Source: an uncultured Holophagales bacterium (GTDB taxonomy: Bacteria > Acidobacteriota > Thermoanaerobaculia > Multivoradales > UBA5704). From it: DNA of 64,000 bases. Of this stretch, positions 49,924 through 59,699 are shown one piece after another. The translations under genes and the position numbers were made by a program. The first letter of the stretch is position 1. Each line of letters begins with the position of its first letter. The notes beneath the pieces are model-generated. The model was given only the letters and a program-made list of their open reading frames with translations, ran no database searches and was not told the origin of the DNA. The stretch lies in NCBI GenBank assembly GCA_963842525.1, contig CAWJGT010000004.1, positions 128,001-192,000 on the forward strand, written 5' to 3'.

Positions 49924-50619
49924 CTATCCGAGGTCCGGATGGAGGAGCCTGAGGGCCCGGGCGAAGAGCGGGACGAAGATATAGGGGAAGACCCGCCAGG
50001 CCACGAGCAGGCCGAGCAGAGAGACGAAGGGCTGATGGAGGAGGGCGTTGTAGCGCTCGGCGGCCCGGCCGCTCAGGATGGCGGGGATCACGGCGCTGCC
50101 GTCGAGAGGCGGCAATGGCAGCAGGTTGAAGAGGAAGAGGAGCAGGTTCAGCGTGAAGAGGATCGACAGCGGCACCACAGCGCCCGCGGCCCAGCCAGTG
50201 CCGGCGATGAGGTCGGTATATCCGACCGGGTCCGGCAGATGGAAGACGCCGGCCGCCATGCCGGCGCGGATCGCGACCGCGGAGACCAGCACCAGGAGGA
50301 GGTTGGCCGCCGGACCGGCGAGGGCCATCACGGCGGCTCGCCGCGGATAGCGGTGGGCCCAGAAGGGATCGTAGGGGGCGCTCGCCCAGCCCATCATCCA
50401 GCCCATGGTCGCGAAGGTGAGCAGGGGGACCAGGATCATCCCGAACGGCTCGCGCCGGATGTGGGGGAGCGGGTTCAGGGTGACCTGCCCTCCCTCGTAG
50501 GCCGTGGGATCGCCGAGCTTGTAGGCGGCGAAGGCGTGGGCCGCCTCGTGCAGCGTGGTCGAGAAGAGGAAGACCACGAACCAGGTGAGGCCCAGGACGA
50601 TCTGATCGGTGGCGATCAC
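49924..50619 (-). CDS. Site-2 protease (M50)
   Basis: HEAAH, AGPAAN and NLLPLPPLDG motifs. Confidence 0.93.
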   Translation of the reverse strand: MIATDQIVLGLTWFVVFLFSTTLHEAAHAFAAYKLGDPTAYEGGQVTLNPLPHIRREPFGMILVPLLTFATMGWMMGWASAPYDPFWAHRYPRRAAVMALAGPAANLLLVLVSAVAIRAGMAAGVFHLPDPVGYTDLIAGTGWAAGAVVPLSILFTLNLLLFLFNLLPLPPLDGSAVIPAILSGRAAERYNALLHQPFVSLLGLLVAWRVFPYIFVPLFARALRLLHPDLG

Positions 50620-50623
50620 ATCC

Positions 50624-51182
50624 TCACGCCCGGCTGAGGTACTTGTTCTCGCGGGTGTCGATGAGGATCTTGGTGCCCACCTCGATGAACGGCGGCACTT
50701 GCACCGTGAGCCCGGTCTCCATCTTGGCCGGCTTGTAGGAGGCGCTGGCCGTTGCTCCCTTCATGCTGGGCTCGGTCTCGACCACCTGGAGGGCCACGGT
50801 GTTGGGCAGCTCGATGCCCACCGGCTTCTCGTCGTAGAAGTCGATCTGGATGACCGTGTTGGGCAGCAGGTAGAGCATCGAGTCGCCCAGGGTCTCGTCG
50901 TCCAGCGTGACCTGCTCGTAGGTCTCCTGGTTCATGAAGTGGTGCCCCGAGGGGTCGGAGTAGAGGTACTCCATCTGGCTGCGTGTCGAGGATCGCGCGC
51001 TCGACCTTCTCGGTCGAGCCGAAGCGGTGCTCGAAGCTGTTGCCGTTGCGCAGGTTGCGCATCTTGGCCTGGACGAAGCCGCGCCAGTTGCCGGGCGTGA
51101 CGTGGTTGACGTTCATGATCCGGCAGATCTCTCCTTCGAAGAGGATGCACATGCCGGCTCGCATTTGGGTTGCTTGGATCAA
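50624..51182 (-). CDS. efp: Elongation factor P (1-bp frameshift near 50978, likely read error)
   Basis: HVTPGNWRGFVQAKMRNL; MEYLYSD...FMNQETYEQ; KPAKMETG..VQVPPFI..G..I.IDTR...Y..R. Confidence 0.93.
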
Positions 51183-51215
51183 GGTTCGATCTCCGTGTCT
51201 GGGTTTGCGGGTCCG

Positions 51216-53306
51216 CTATTCGTGCTCTTCCTGCCGGTGCTTCTGGTATTCGGCCACCAGCTTGTCCTGCACCAGACGGGGGACCTCCTCGTAATGTGAG
51301 AACTCCATGTGGAAGCTCGACCGGCCCTGGGTCATGGCGCGCAGGATGCGGGCGTATTCGAGCATCTCCGACATCGGGACCATGGCCTGGATGACCTGGT
51401 TCCCGTTGACCGTGTCCATGCCCTGGGGACGGCCGCGGCGGTGCGACAGGTCGCCCATGATGTCGCCGGTGTACTCGTCCGAGGTTGTGATCTCGACCTT
51501 CATGATCGGCTCGAGGATGGTCGGCTTGGCCTTCTGCATGGCGTCCTTGAACGCCAGCGAGCCGGCGATCTTGAAGGCGAGCTCGGAGGAGTCGACGTCG
51601 TGGTACTGGCCGTCGAGCAGGCGCACCTTGAAATCGACCATCGGATAGCCGGCGAGGTAGCCGCGGCGGCGCGCCTCCTGGATGCCCTTCTCGACCGCGG
51701 GCCGGTAGTTCTGCGGGATCGCGCCGCCGAAGATCTCGTCGGCGAAGGAGAAGTCCTCGCCGCGCGCCAGCGGCTCGACCTTGATCCTGCAATCGGCGAA
51801 CTGGCCGCGCCCGCCGGTCTGTTTCTTGTGCCGGCCGTGCCCGTCCGCCGCCGCCAGGATCGTCTCGCGATAGGGGACCTTGGGCGGATGGAGGATGACC
51901 TCGACGTGGTAGCGGCGCTTGATCTTGGAGACGGCGATCTCGATGTGGAGCTGGCCGGTGCCCGAGAGCAGGTGATCGTGGCTCTCCGGGTCGCGCCCGG
52001 CCTTGAGCGACGGGTCTTCCTCGACCAGCCGGGTCAGGGCCTCGCCGATCTTCTCTTCGTCGCCCTTGGACTTGGGCTCGATGGCGAAGGCCATGGCCGG
52101 CTCGGGGATGCTGACCCAATCCACCTTGATGGGCCGGTCCTTGCCGCAGAGCGTGTCGCCTGTGGCGGTGAGCTTGAGCTTGGCCACGCCGCCGATGTCG
52201 CCGGCGACCAGGCGGGGCACCTGGGTCCCCTGCTTGCCCTGGAGGACCATCAGGTGGCCGAGCCGCTCCATTTCCTCGGCGCGGCTGTTGTACTCCGCGG
52301 TGTCCGCGGGCAGCGTGCCGGAGACCACGCGCAGCAGCGAGATCTTGCCGGTGAAGGGGTCGGAGAAGGTCTTGAACACCAGCGCGGCAAGCGGCCCGGC
52401 CGGGTCGGCGGCCAGCTCGAGCGCCTCGCCGCCCAGGTTGCGGGCCGGGAAAGGTGCACGCTCGGCGGGGGAGGGGAGCAGGGCGAGGAAGCTGTCGAGC
52501 AGGGCCGAGGAGCCGATGCCATGGCCGCCGGCCGAGAGGGTCAGCGGGAAGATCTGGCGGCGTGTCACGGCGGCCCGCAGGCCGGCTTCCAGGTCCTCCT
52601 GCGACAGCGCGCCGCTCTCGAAGAAGCCCTCCATCAGCTTGTCGTCGGTCTCCGCCACGGCCTCGATGAGCTGGCCGCGCAGGGTGGCCGCCTGGGCGGC
52701 GACCTCCGCAGGGATGTCGATCGGCTCGGCCTTGCCGTTGCCGTCCCGGGTGAAGCGGTATGCCTTCTCGTGGACGAGGTCGACGACTCCCTCGAACCCG
52801 TGCTCGCGCCCGATGGGGATCTGGACCGGGAGGACCGTCCGTCCGAAGCGCTTCTGCACGTTCTCGAGGGTGCGGTCGAGGTCGGCCCGCTCGCGGTCCA
52901 TCTTGGTGAGGTGGACCATGACCGGCAGGCCGATCTCCTCGGCGAAGGCCCAGACCTTTTCGGTGTTGACCTCGACGCCCGCCACGCCGTTGACGCAGAG
53001 GAGCAGGGTGTCGGCGGCGCGCATCGCGCATTTGGCTTCGGAGAAGAAGATGCCGTAGCCGGGGGAGTCGAGGAGGTTGACCTTGTGCTGCTGCCACGGG
53101 ACGAAGCAGGGGGCGAGCCCGATGGAGATGCCGCGTTCGGCTTCCTCGGGGTCGAAGTCGGTCAGGGTGTTGCCGTCCTCCACCCGGGTGAACCGCGTGG
53201 TCACTCCGCCGGTGTGCAGCAGGGCGCTGACCAGGGTGGTCTTTCCGGTGTCGTTGTGTCCCGCGACGGCGATGTTGCGGATCTTTTCCGGCCTGTCCAC
53301 CTGCAT
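51216..53306 (-). CDS. fusA: Elongation factor G, second/atypical copy (EF-G2-like)
   Basis: IRNIAVAGHNDTGKTT, DSPGY, KMDR, HKKQTGGRGQF, YHDVDSSELAF; not in the rpsL-rpsG operon. Confidence 0.9.
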   Translation of the reverse strand: MQVDRPEKIRNIAVAGHNDTGKTTLVSALLHTGGVTTRFTRVEDGNTLTDFDPEEAERGISIGLAPCFVPWQQHKVNLLDSPGYGIFFSEAKCAMRAADTLLLCVNGVAGVEVNTEKVWAFAEEIGLPVMVHLTKMDRERADLDRTLENVQKRFGRTVLPVQIPIGREHGFEGVVDLVHEKAYRFTRDGNGKAEPIDIPAEVAAQAATLRGQLIEAVAETDDKLMEGFFESGALSQEDLEAGLRAAVTRRQIFPLTLSAGGHGIGSSALLDSFLALLPSPAERAPFPARNLGGEALELAADPAGPLAALVFKTFSDPFTGKISLLRVVSGTLPADTAEYNSRAEEMERLGHLMVLQGKQGTQVPRLVAGDIGGVAKLKLTATGDTLCGKDRPIKVDWVSIPEPAMAFAIEPKSKGDEEKIGEALTRLVEEDPSLKAGRDPESHDHLLSGTGQLHIEIAVSKIKRRYHVEVILHPPKVPYRETILAAADGHGRHKKQTGGRGQFADCRIKVEPLARGEDFSFADEIFGGAIPQNYRPAVEKGIQEARRRGYLAGYPMVDFKVRLLDGQYHDVDSSELAFKIAGSLAFKDAMQKAKPTILEPIMKVEITTSDEYTGDIMGDLSHRRGRPQGMDTVNGNQVIQAMVPMSEMLEYARILRAMTQGRSSFHMEFSHYEEVPRLVQDKLVAEYQKHRQEEHE

Positions 53307-53473
53307 ATGTTCAAGCCTCCATCAGGTCTCGGTCCAAGGCGCGACAATATACCATAGGGCGGCGGCCCGGGGCGGTGGCCGCAATTCCGCCTTAACTCCA
53401 AACCCCTCTAGGATTTAATCCCGCCGGTGGTTTGACTCGCGGGAGCCGGCGGCCTAGAATCTGCCGAGGTCCC

Positions 53474-55396
53474 ATGTTACCGCTGACTCCACCCAGGCTC
53501 GGCCGCTACGAAATCGTCGACGAGATCGGCAAGGGCGCCATGGGTGTGGTCTACCTGGCCCGGGACCCGCTCATCGGCCGCCTGGTGGCCCTGAAGACGT
53601 TCCGCATCGGGTACTCGATCAAGGATGCGGAGCTGGAGCAGTTCCGCGCCCGTTTCATCCGCGAGGCGCAGAGCGCCGGCATCCTGAGCCATCCCAACAT
53701 CGTCACCATCCACGACGTGGTCGAGGATTCCGGCGACGGTATGGCCTTCATCGCCATGGAGTACGTCCGCGGGACCAACCTCAAGGCGCTGCTCCAGGGA
53801 GACCAGCCGCTGTCGCTGCAGTTCGTCGCCGACGTGATCTCCCAGGTGGCCGAAGCCCTCGACTACGCGCATTCCCACAAGGTGGTGCACCGGGACGTCA
53901 AGCCGGCGAACATCCTGATCACGGCGGACAACCGGGTCAAGATCACCGACTTCGGCATCGCGCGGCTCGACACCTCGAACCTCACCCAGGAGGGACAGCT
54001 CCTCGGGACGCCCAACTACATGGCGCCCGAGCAGATCCAGGGCAAGGAGGTGGACCACCGCGCCGACCTCTTCGCCCTCGGCGTGGTGCTCTACGAGCTG
54101 CTCACCCGCCACAAGCCGTTCCAGGGCGAGAACCTGACGGTGGTGAGCCACCGGATCGTCTACGACCACTTCACGCCGCCCAAGGACTACGTGCGCGAGT
54201 TGCCGCCCGGGTTGGAGCCGATCCTCACCCGGGCGCTGGAGAAGGACCCGGCGCGCCGGTACCCCCGGGCGCGTGACATGGTGGAAGACCTCCGCCGGGT
54301 GGCCGGCCGGCTCTCCAGCGCGGAGCTGAACGAGACCCAGAGCATCTCCGCGATGGCGCCGATCCTGGTGCCGCCGCCTCCGCTGCCAGGGCCCGGCACC
54401 CTCGCCGGGGCTGCGCAGGCGGCTCCGGCCCGTGCCGCGGCAGCTCCGCGGCCGGCGCGGCCACGGCCGCCGTTCTCGCTGCGCCGGGCCGCCCTGGCCG
54501 GCGTCCTCGCCGCGGTCCTCACGCTGACGCTCGGTGCCGGGGTGCTCCTCGCCCTGGCCTGGACGTCGCCCCCCGTGGACTACAACGCAGCCGAGGAGGC
54601 GGTCCGCACCGAATTCCTGGCGGCGGTCCGCACGGGGCATGAGCGCAGGGCGGCGGGCGATCCGGTGCGGGCGGCCCAGCATTATCGCCGTGCCGAGCAG
54701 CTCGCTCCCGGCAAGCCCAAGCTGAGCCGACTGCGCCAGCGTGCCGAGGCCGAGGCGCAGGCGTCACCCCTTCTCGCCGAGACGCAGCGGCGAATCGTGG
54801 CGAAGCTCTTCGAAGCGCAGCGGGCGATGAAGGACCGCCGGTTTGAGCAGGCCATCACGGCCGCCAACGACGCCATTGCCCTCGATCTGAGTATTCCGGA
54901 GGCCCATTTCATTCTGGCGGCAGCCCAGACGGCGCAGGCGGACATGCGGATGCGGGCTGCCAGGGACCGCAGTCAGCGCCCGCTGCCCGAGCAGTCGGCC
55001 ACGGCGACCGAGCTGACGCCGGCGCCCATTGCGGCCAGCCCGGAGCCGGCCTCCGAAGCCGCGGCTGCTCAGGAGGCAGTCCTGCGGGTTAACGTCGAAA
55101 CCGACATCCCCGCCGATGTGCGCGTGCAGGTCGGCGGCAGAATGCTCTTTCGGAAGCAGGTGGGAGAGAAGGGCGGTTTTCTCGGCCGCAAGAAGGCGAA
55201 GGGCGGCTACTTCGATCAGAGCTATCAGGTGCAGACCGGCAGCAACCAGGTCGTCAAGGTCTGGATCACGCCCCTGACGCCACCGGGCCAGAGCGCTCAG
55301 TACAAGATCCTGGAAGGGAACTTCCCGGGTGGCGCCAGTCGCGATCTCGAGATCCGCCTCCCGGCGTCGGGCCCGGCCTCGGCCCATCTGCGATAA
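53474..55396 (+). CDS. Membrane Ser/Thr protein kinase
   Basis: GKGAMGVVY, HRDVKPAN, DFGIA, GTPNYMAPE, TM segment and TPR-like C-terminus. Confidence 0.92.
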   Translation: MLPLTPPRLGRYEIVDEIGKGAMGVVYLARDPLIGRLVALKTFRIGYSIKDAELEQFRARFIREAQSAGILSHPNIVTIHDVVEDSGDGMAFIAMEYVRGTNLKALLQGDQPLSLQFVADVISQVAEALDYAHSHKVVHRDVKPANILITADNRVKITDFGIARLDTSNLTQEGQLLGTPNYMAPEQIQGKEVDHRADLFALGVVLYELLTRHKPFQGENLTVVSHRIVYDHFTPPKDYVRELPPGLEPILTRALEKDPARRYPRARDMVEDLRRVAGRLSSAELNETQSISAMAPILVPPPPLPGPGTLAGAAQAAPARAAAAPRPARPRPPFSLRRAALAGVLAAVLTLTLGAGVLLALAWTSPPVDYNAAEEAVRTEFLAAVRTGHERRAAGDPVRAAQHYRRAEQLAPGKPKLSRLRQRAEAEAQASPLLAETQRRIVAKLFEAQRAMKDRRFEQAITAANDAIALDLSIPEAHFILAAAQTAQADMRMRAARDRSQRPLPEQSATATELTPAPIAASPEPASEAAAAQEAVLRVNVETDIPADVRVQVGGRMLFRKQVGEKGGFLGRKKAKGGYFDQSYQVQTGSNQVVKVWITPLTPPGQSAQYKILEGNFPGGASRDLEIRLPASGPASAHLR

Positions 55397-55403
55397 CGTC
55401 TCC

Positions 55404-56777
55404 TCAGGCGGCGGGCGTCCGCGGCCAGACTGTCACCGCGCCCATCCCTTCGAATTGCGGTACGAGGGTCTCGGCCGGACCCACCGCCACGACGGCGGTG
55501 TGATCGGGATGGAGGTTCCGGCGCGCCACCTCCAGGAGCTCTTCGCGAGTGACGCCGGCGATCCGTTCCAGGTACTGGTCGTAGTAGTTGTCGGCCAGCC
55601 CGTAGACCGCCAGGGTCTCCAGCCGCTTCGCAACCTCTCCGATCGTCTGGAACGTATAGGGGAAGACCCCGAGGATGTAGCTGCGGGTCTCGTCCAGCTC
55701 CCACGGCTCGACAGGCTCCTCGCGGATCCGCCGCAGCTCGAACAGGACCTCCGCGGCGGCGGCGCCCGCCGACTCGGTGGCGACCGCCGCGTCCACCACG
55801 AAGGGCCCGGGCCCCCGGCGCGCCGAGAAGCGGCTCGTCACCCCGTAGGTGTAGCCGTGCCGCTCCCGCAGGTTGAGGTTGATCCGGCTGGTGAACTTGC
55901 CACCGAGCAGGGCGTTGAGCGCGATCAGCGGGATGTAGTCGGGGTTCTTGCGCGACACGCCGGCATGGCCCAGGCGCAGCTCGGTCTGGGCGGCGCCGGG
56001 CCGGTCCACCACGTGGATCGAGACCCCTTCCAGGGGTGCGGGTTGGATGTCGGGCGGCGGCGGCGGCTCCGCCGGAAGCTCCTGGAACCGCCCTTCCACC
56101 CGGCGCAGCAGGTCCTCCGGATCCAGGTCGCCCACCGCGATCAGCACCGCACCCTGCCGGGTGTAGTGCCGCTGGTAGAAGGCGACCAGCGCCTCGCGGT
56201 CCAGTGCGCTCACGCCCGCTTCGGTGCCGAGGATCGGATGGGCATAGACCGTCCCACGGTAGATCACCTCGGTGAGCTTCTCGTCCGCCAGCGTGGAGGG
56301 GTCGTGGCCGCGGCGCAGGATCTCGGCGAGGCGCTGCTTGCGGAGCCGTTCGACCTCGCGCTCCGGGAACGTGGGCTCGGTGGCGACCTCGGTCAGCAGC
56401 TCCAGGCCCGCCTCGAGGTGCCGTGCCAGGAGGCCGGACGCGAGGTAGCCCTCGTCCCAGTCGGCGCCGCTCGCAAAGTAGCCGCCGAGCTGCTCGATCC
56501 AGGAGGCGATCTCCATGGAGCTGCGCTGGCGCGTCCCTTCGTCGATCACCGAGGCGGTGAGCGTGGCGAGCCCCGCCTTTCCCGGCAGGTCGTGCTGCGC
56601 GCCCGCGGGGAACACGAGGTCCAGGCTGATCAGGGGGACCGCCGGTTGATGGGCGGCGAGCACCTCCAGCCCCGAGGGCAGCTTCCGGCGCAGGAAAGGA
56701 GGGAAGCTGAACGGCCGGAGCCGGCCCGCGGCCGGGGGCTGCGACCGGTCGAGGAGAGATCTCTTCACAGCGTTCAT
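55404..56777 (-). CDS. M16 peptidase, non-catalytic partner subunit
   Basis: M16 fold motifs (GLATLTASVIDEGT; SRINLNLRERHGYTY) without HxxEH. Confidence 0.88.
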   Translation of the reverse strand: MNAVKRSLLDRSQPPAAGRLRPFSFPPFLRRKLPSGLEVLAAHQPAVPLISLDLVFPAGAQHDLPGKAGLATLTASVIDEGTRQRSSMEIASWIEQLGGYFASGADWDEGYLASGLLARHLEAGLELLTEVATEPTFPEREVERLRKQRLAEILRRGHDPSTLADEKLTEVIYRGTVYAHPILGTEAGVSALDREALVAFYQRHYTRQGAVLIAVGDLDPEDLLRRVEGRFQELPAEPPPPPDIQPAPLEGVSIHVVDRPGAAQTELRLGHAGVSRKNPDYIPLIALNALLGGKFTSRINLNLRERHGYTYGVTSRFSARRGPGPFVVDAAVATESAGAAAAEVLFELRRIREEPVEPWELDETRSYILGVFPYTFQTIGEVAKRLETLAVYGLADNYYDQYLERIAGVTREELLEVARRNLHPDHTAVVAVGPAETLVPQFEGMGAVTVWPRTPAA

Positions 56778-58063
56778 GCCGCGGGGCTCCGCGGCACCAC
56801 CCGCAGCACCACCCGCTCCGATTCGTTCCAGCAGCGCGCCGCGTAGTCCATCAGCTCCGCGGCCTCGAGCTCGAGATAACGGTCCGCCTCTCCAACCACC
56901 CCGGCGGGGTCGTCGAAATAGGTGGCGAACTGCGAGAAGAGATCGGCCCGGTTGTCCAGCTTCTGGAGGGCGCCGAAGTACTCGGTCAGCATCCGGTTGC
57001 GCGCCCGCTCGACCTCCGCGGCGGAGGGAGGCTCGGACGCCGCCCGCCCCATATGGTCCAGCAGGGCCTCCTCGACGGTCTCGATCGGCACGCCGGGGCG
57101 CGCAGTGGCGATCACCATGGAGGTCGCGACCTCTTCATAGGGGCTGATGTAGGCGACCACGTCCTGGGCGATCTGCCGCTCGTAGACCAGGTCCCGGTAG
57201 AGCCGGCTCGACTTGCCGCCGGAGAGCACCGCCGTGAGGAGGTCGGCGGCGTACCAGAGCCGCTCGCCGTAGGCCGGCCCGCGGGAGCCCACGTAGACAC
57301 GGGGGAGGTGGACGTCGTCCTCCAGGACCTCCCGCGTCTCGCCGCCGAGGGGCCGGTCCGGGACCTCGATCCGGGGGATGGGCAGCCCGGCCGGGATCTC
57401 CCCGAAGTAGCGCCCCACCTTCTCCAGGGCCTCGACGGGATCGAAGTCCCCGGCCAGGGTCAGGACCGCGTTGTTGGGCGCGTAGTAGGTCCGGAAGAAG
57501 GTCTGCATCTCCTCCACGGTGGCGGCGGCGATGTCCTCCATGTAGCCGATGACCGGCCAGTGGTAGGGGTGGTCCGGCGGATAGAGCAACTCGTGAAGGC
57601 GCTCGCCGGCGCGGCCGTAGGGCTGGTTCTCCACCCGCTGGCGCCGCTCGTTCATGACCACGTCGCGTTGCGTGTCGAGCTTCTCCTGGGTGAGGGCGGG
57701 GAGGAGGAAGCCCATGCGGTCCGCCTCCAGCCAGAGCCCGAGGTCCAGGTGATGGGCCGGCAGGACCTCGTAGAAGTTGGTGCGGTCGTACCAGGTCGAG
57801 CCGTTGGCGACGCCTCCGACCTGCTGGATCAGTTGGAAATGGCCGTGCGTGCCGACGTGCTGGCTGCCCTGGAAGAGCATGTGCTCGAACAGATGGGCGA
57901 AACCGGTACGGCCCGGCCGCTCGTTCTTGGAGCCGACGTGATACCAGAGGTTGACCGCCACCAGGGGGAGCGTGGTGTCACGGTGCAGGATGACCCGCAG
58001 GCCGTTGCCCAGGGTGTGCTGCTGGAAGGCGAGGTCGAGCTCGGATGTCGTGGAGAGACTCAT
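56774..58063 (-). CDS. M16 peptidase, catalytic subunit
   Basis: GFAHLFEHMLFQGS, NGST..DRTN.Y and YYAPNNA motifs. Confidence 0.93.
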   Translation of the reverse strand: MSLSTTSELDLAFQQHTLGNGLRVILHRDTTLPLVAVNLWYHVGSKNERPGRTGFAHLFEHMLFQGSQHVGTHGHFQLIQQVGGVANGSTWYDRTNFYEVLPAHHLDLGLWLEADRMGFLLPALTQEKLDTQRDVVMNERRQRVENQPYGRAGERLHELLYPPDHPYHWPVIGYMEDIAAATVEEMQTFFRTYYAPNNAVLTLAGDFDPVEALEKVGRYFGEIPAGLPIPRIEVPDRPLGGETREVLEDDVHLPRVYVGSRGPAYGERLWYAADLLTAVLSGGKSSRLYRDLVYERQIAQDVVAYISPYEEVATSMVIATARPGVPIETVEEALLDHMGRAASEPPSAAEVERARNRMLTEYFGALQKLDNRADLFSQFATYFDDPAGVVGEADRYLELEAAELMDYAARCWNESERVVLRVVPRSPAA

Positions 58064-58187
58064 GGTGGCAGGGTACGGCAGGCAAGGCGATACCCGGAGC
58101 GTGGCAGTGTATTGAGGCGCTGGAGAAAGTGCAACCTCGCCTCCGGGCCTATATAGGAGTGCCTCGCGGCCTCACGTCGAGCCGCCC

Positions 58188-58292
58188 TGCCGCCCGGGCA
58201 TGAATGCCCGGGCTATGAACAGCGCCGGGTGAACCCGGCTTCAAGCCCCATTGATGGGGCGCTGTTGCTAGCCCGGCGATTCATCGCCGGGC
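58188..58292. repeat. REP-like cluster (GCCCGGGCATGAATGCCCGGGC ... GCCCGGCGATTCATCGCCGGGC)
   Basis: Four adjacent hairpins within an overall inverted structure. Confidence 0.7.
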
Positions 58293-58298
58293 TTTCTC

Positions 58299-58820
58299 TC
58301 ACCCCGGCGGCCGGAGCGGTGGGCGTGGCCTCTCCGGCGGTGTAGCGCTCGGCTGCTGGCGGGTCGTCCGGCGGCGGGTCCTTGCGGTGGGCCGCTGTTG
58401 CGGCGGGTCGGTCTCTCCTCCTTGCCAGGTGCCGGCGGCGTCCCAGAGCGGCTCGTGGCGCAGGGTCCGCAGGCGGACCAGCAGCTCCTGGGATTGGTTG
58501 AGCACCTTCTGGGCGAAGGCTGTTCGCGATGCCGCGTCGTAGAAGACCCGGGCGCGAATGCGGTCGCCGACCTTGACCGTAAAGCCGAGGTCCGAGAGCA
58601 CCGGAGCAGGAGCGACCAGCACGCGGATTCCCCCTTCGGCGGTCTGCACCTCGAGGCTGACCAGCGGCAGCTTTCCCTCCCCGGCGGCCTCGCCGACCGC
58701 GGTCACCGTTCCCTCGAACGTGCGGAGGGCGGTGGTACCGCCTGCCGGAGCGGGTGCCTGTCCGGCGGGTGGGCCGGCCAGCAGCAGGCCGGCGACCAGG
58801 AGGGCGGAGGCCGTCGTCAT
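58299..58820 (-). CDS. Small secreted OB-fold-like protein
   Basis: Signal peptide, FEGTVTAV...VKVGDRIRAR...LR....PLW; ATGA overlap with the upstream gene. Confidence 0.6.
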   Translation of the reverse strand: MTTASALLVAGLLLAGPPAGQAPAPAGGTTALRTFEGTVTAVGEAAGEGKLPLVSLEVQTAEGGIRVLVAPAPVLSDLGFTVKVGDRIRARVFYDAASRTAFAQKVLNQSQELLVRLRTLRHEPLWDAAGTWQGGETDPPQQRPTARTRRRTTRQQPSATPPERPRPPLRPPG

Positions 58821-59699
58821 TCCCTGCGGTCCCTCCCGGGCATGCGGCCCCAGGCCTCGGTCGCGGAGCCGGGGGCGGCTAGGGAGACGCCGAGGACGAA
58901 CCCGACCTCCTTGTCCGCGCCGGTCAGGCCGAGGGTGGCCGCGGCGCGCCAGGACCGGCTGCCTGCGCCGCGCACGCCGATTCCGAGGGCGCTCCGCGAG
59001 CCGGTACCGGCCTGCACGGCGCCGTGCCCCTCCAGCCAGAGAGAGCCGCGCAGCCCGTGCCAGGGCTCGCTCTCGACGCCGAGGAGGCCGTCCGGCACGT
59101 CGCGCAGCTCGATCCGCTCCGGATCGCCGAGCCGGTTGTAGCCGGCGCCGGCGAAGAGGGTGGCGGACCAGAAGCGGCGCTCGCCGAGGAGCCCCAGGCG
59201 CGCGTCCCATTCCCCGGTCCCCAGGCCCGCGCGCTCGTTCCCGGTGGGTGCCTTGACGTCCAGCTCGGCGGCGGTGCGGAAGAGCCGGGCGCCCCCGCCG
59301 CCGAGGCTCCTGGAGGACCCGCAGCCGCACGTCCCCCACGCCGGACTCCCAGTCGCCGGGCACCTGGCGTTGCAGGTTGCGGTTGCCCCGGGCCAGGGCA
59401 TTGAGCACCCGCGGCGACGGGCCGAGGACGACATAGAGAGGCTGCGACGAGCGGGCACGGATCGCGGGCACCTCCAGCCGCAGGCTCAGGTCCCTCCGGG
59501 TCAGCAGCTCCAGGCCGAGCGTCACCGAGCTGGCTTCGAAGGTTCGCTGCTCGGCGAACGTGGCCGACAGGTGCTCCGCGTCCACGTCGAGCCGGAGGTC
59601 GGCCGCCGTGCACCGCGGGGCCGCGGCGAGGAGCAGGGCTGCGGCGATTTCCAGCCATCCCTTCCCCCTCCGGACATTCCTTTCGATCTCCATGGTCAT
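58817..59699 (-). CDS. Outer-membrane beta-barrel (MetA-pathway/SphA-like), frameshift near 59310
   Basis: SGVGDVRL then KAPTG.ERAGLGTGEWD; alternating beta-strand pattern. Confidence 0.7.

Noticed and set aside
940-59320. Frameshifts in the phosphoesterase, TPR-Fis, MFS, ABC/M1, efp and beta-barrel genes read as programmed frameshifting or real pseudogenes
   Set aside because: They are scattered 1-bp indels with no shared slippery motif, in otherwise intact genes including efp; read or assembly error is the simplest explanation, though it needs read-level checking
58299-59699. Single 466-aa fusion protein
   Set aside because: An artefact of the frameshift near 59310 joining the beta-barrel N-terminus to the frame of the next gene
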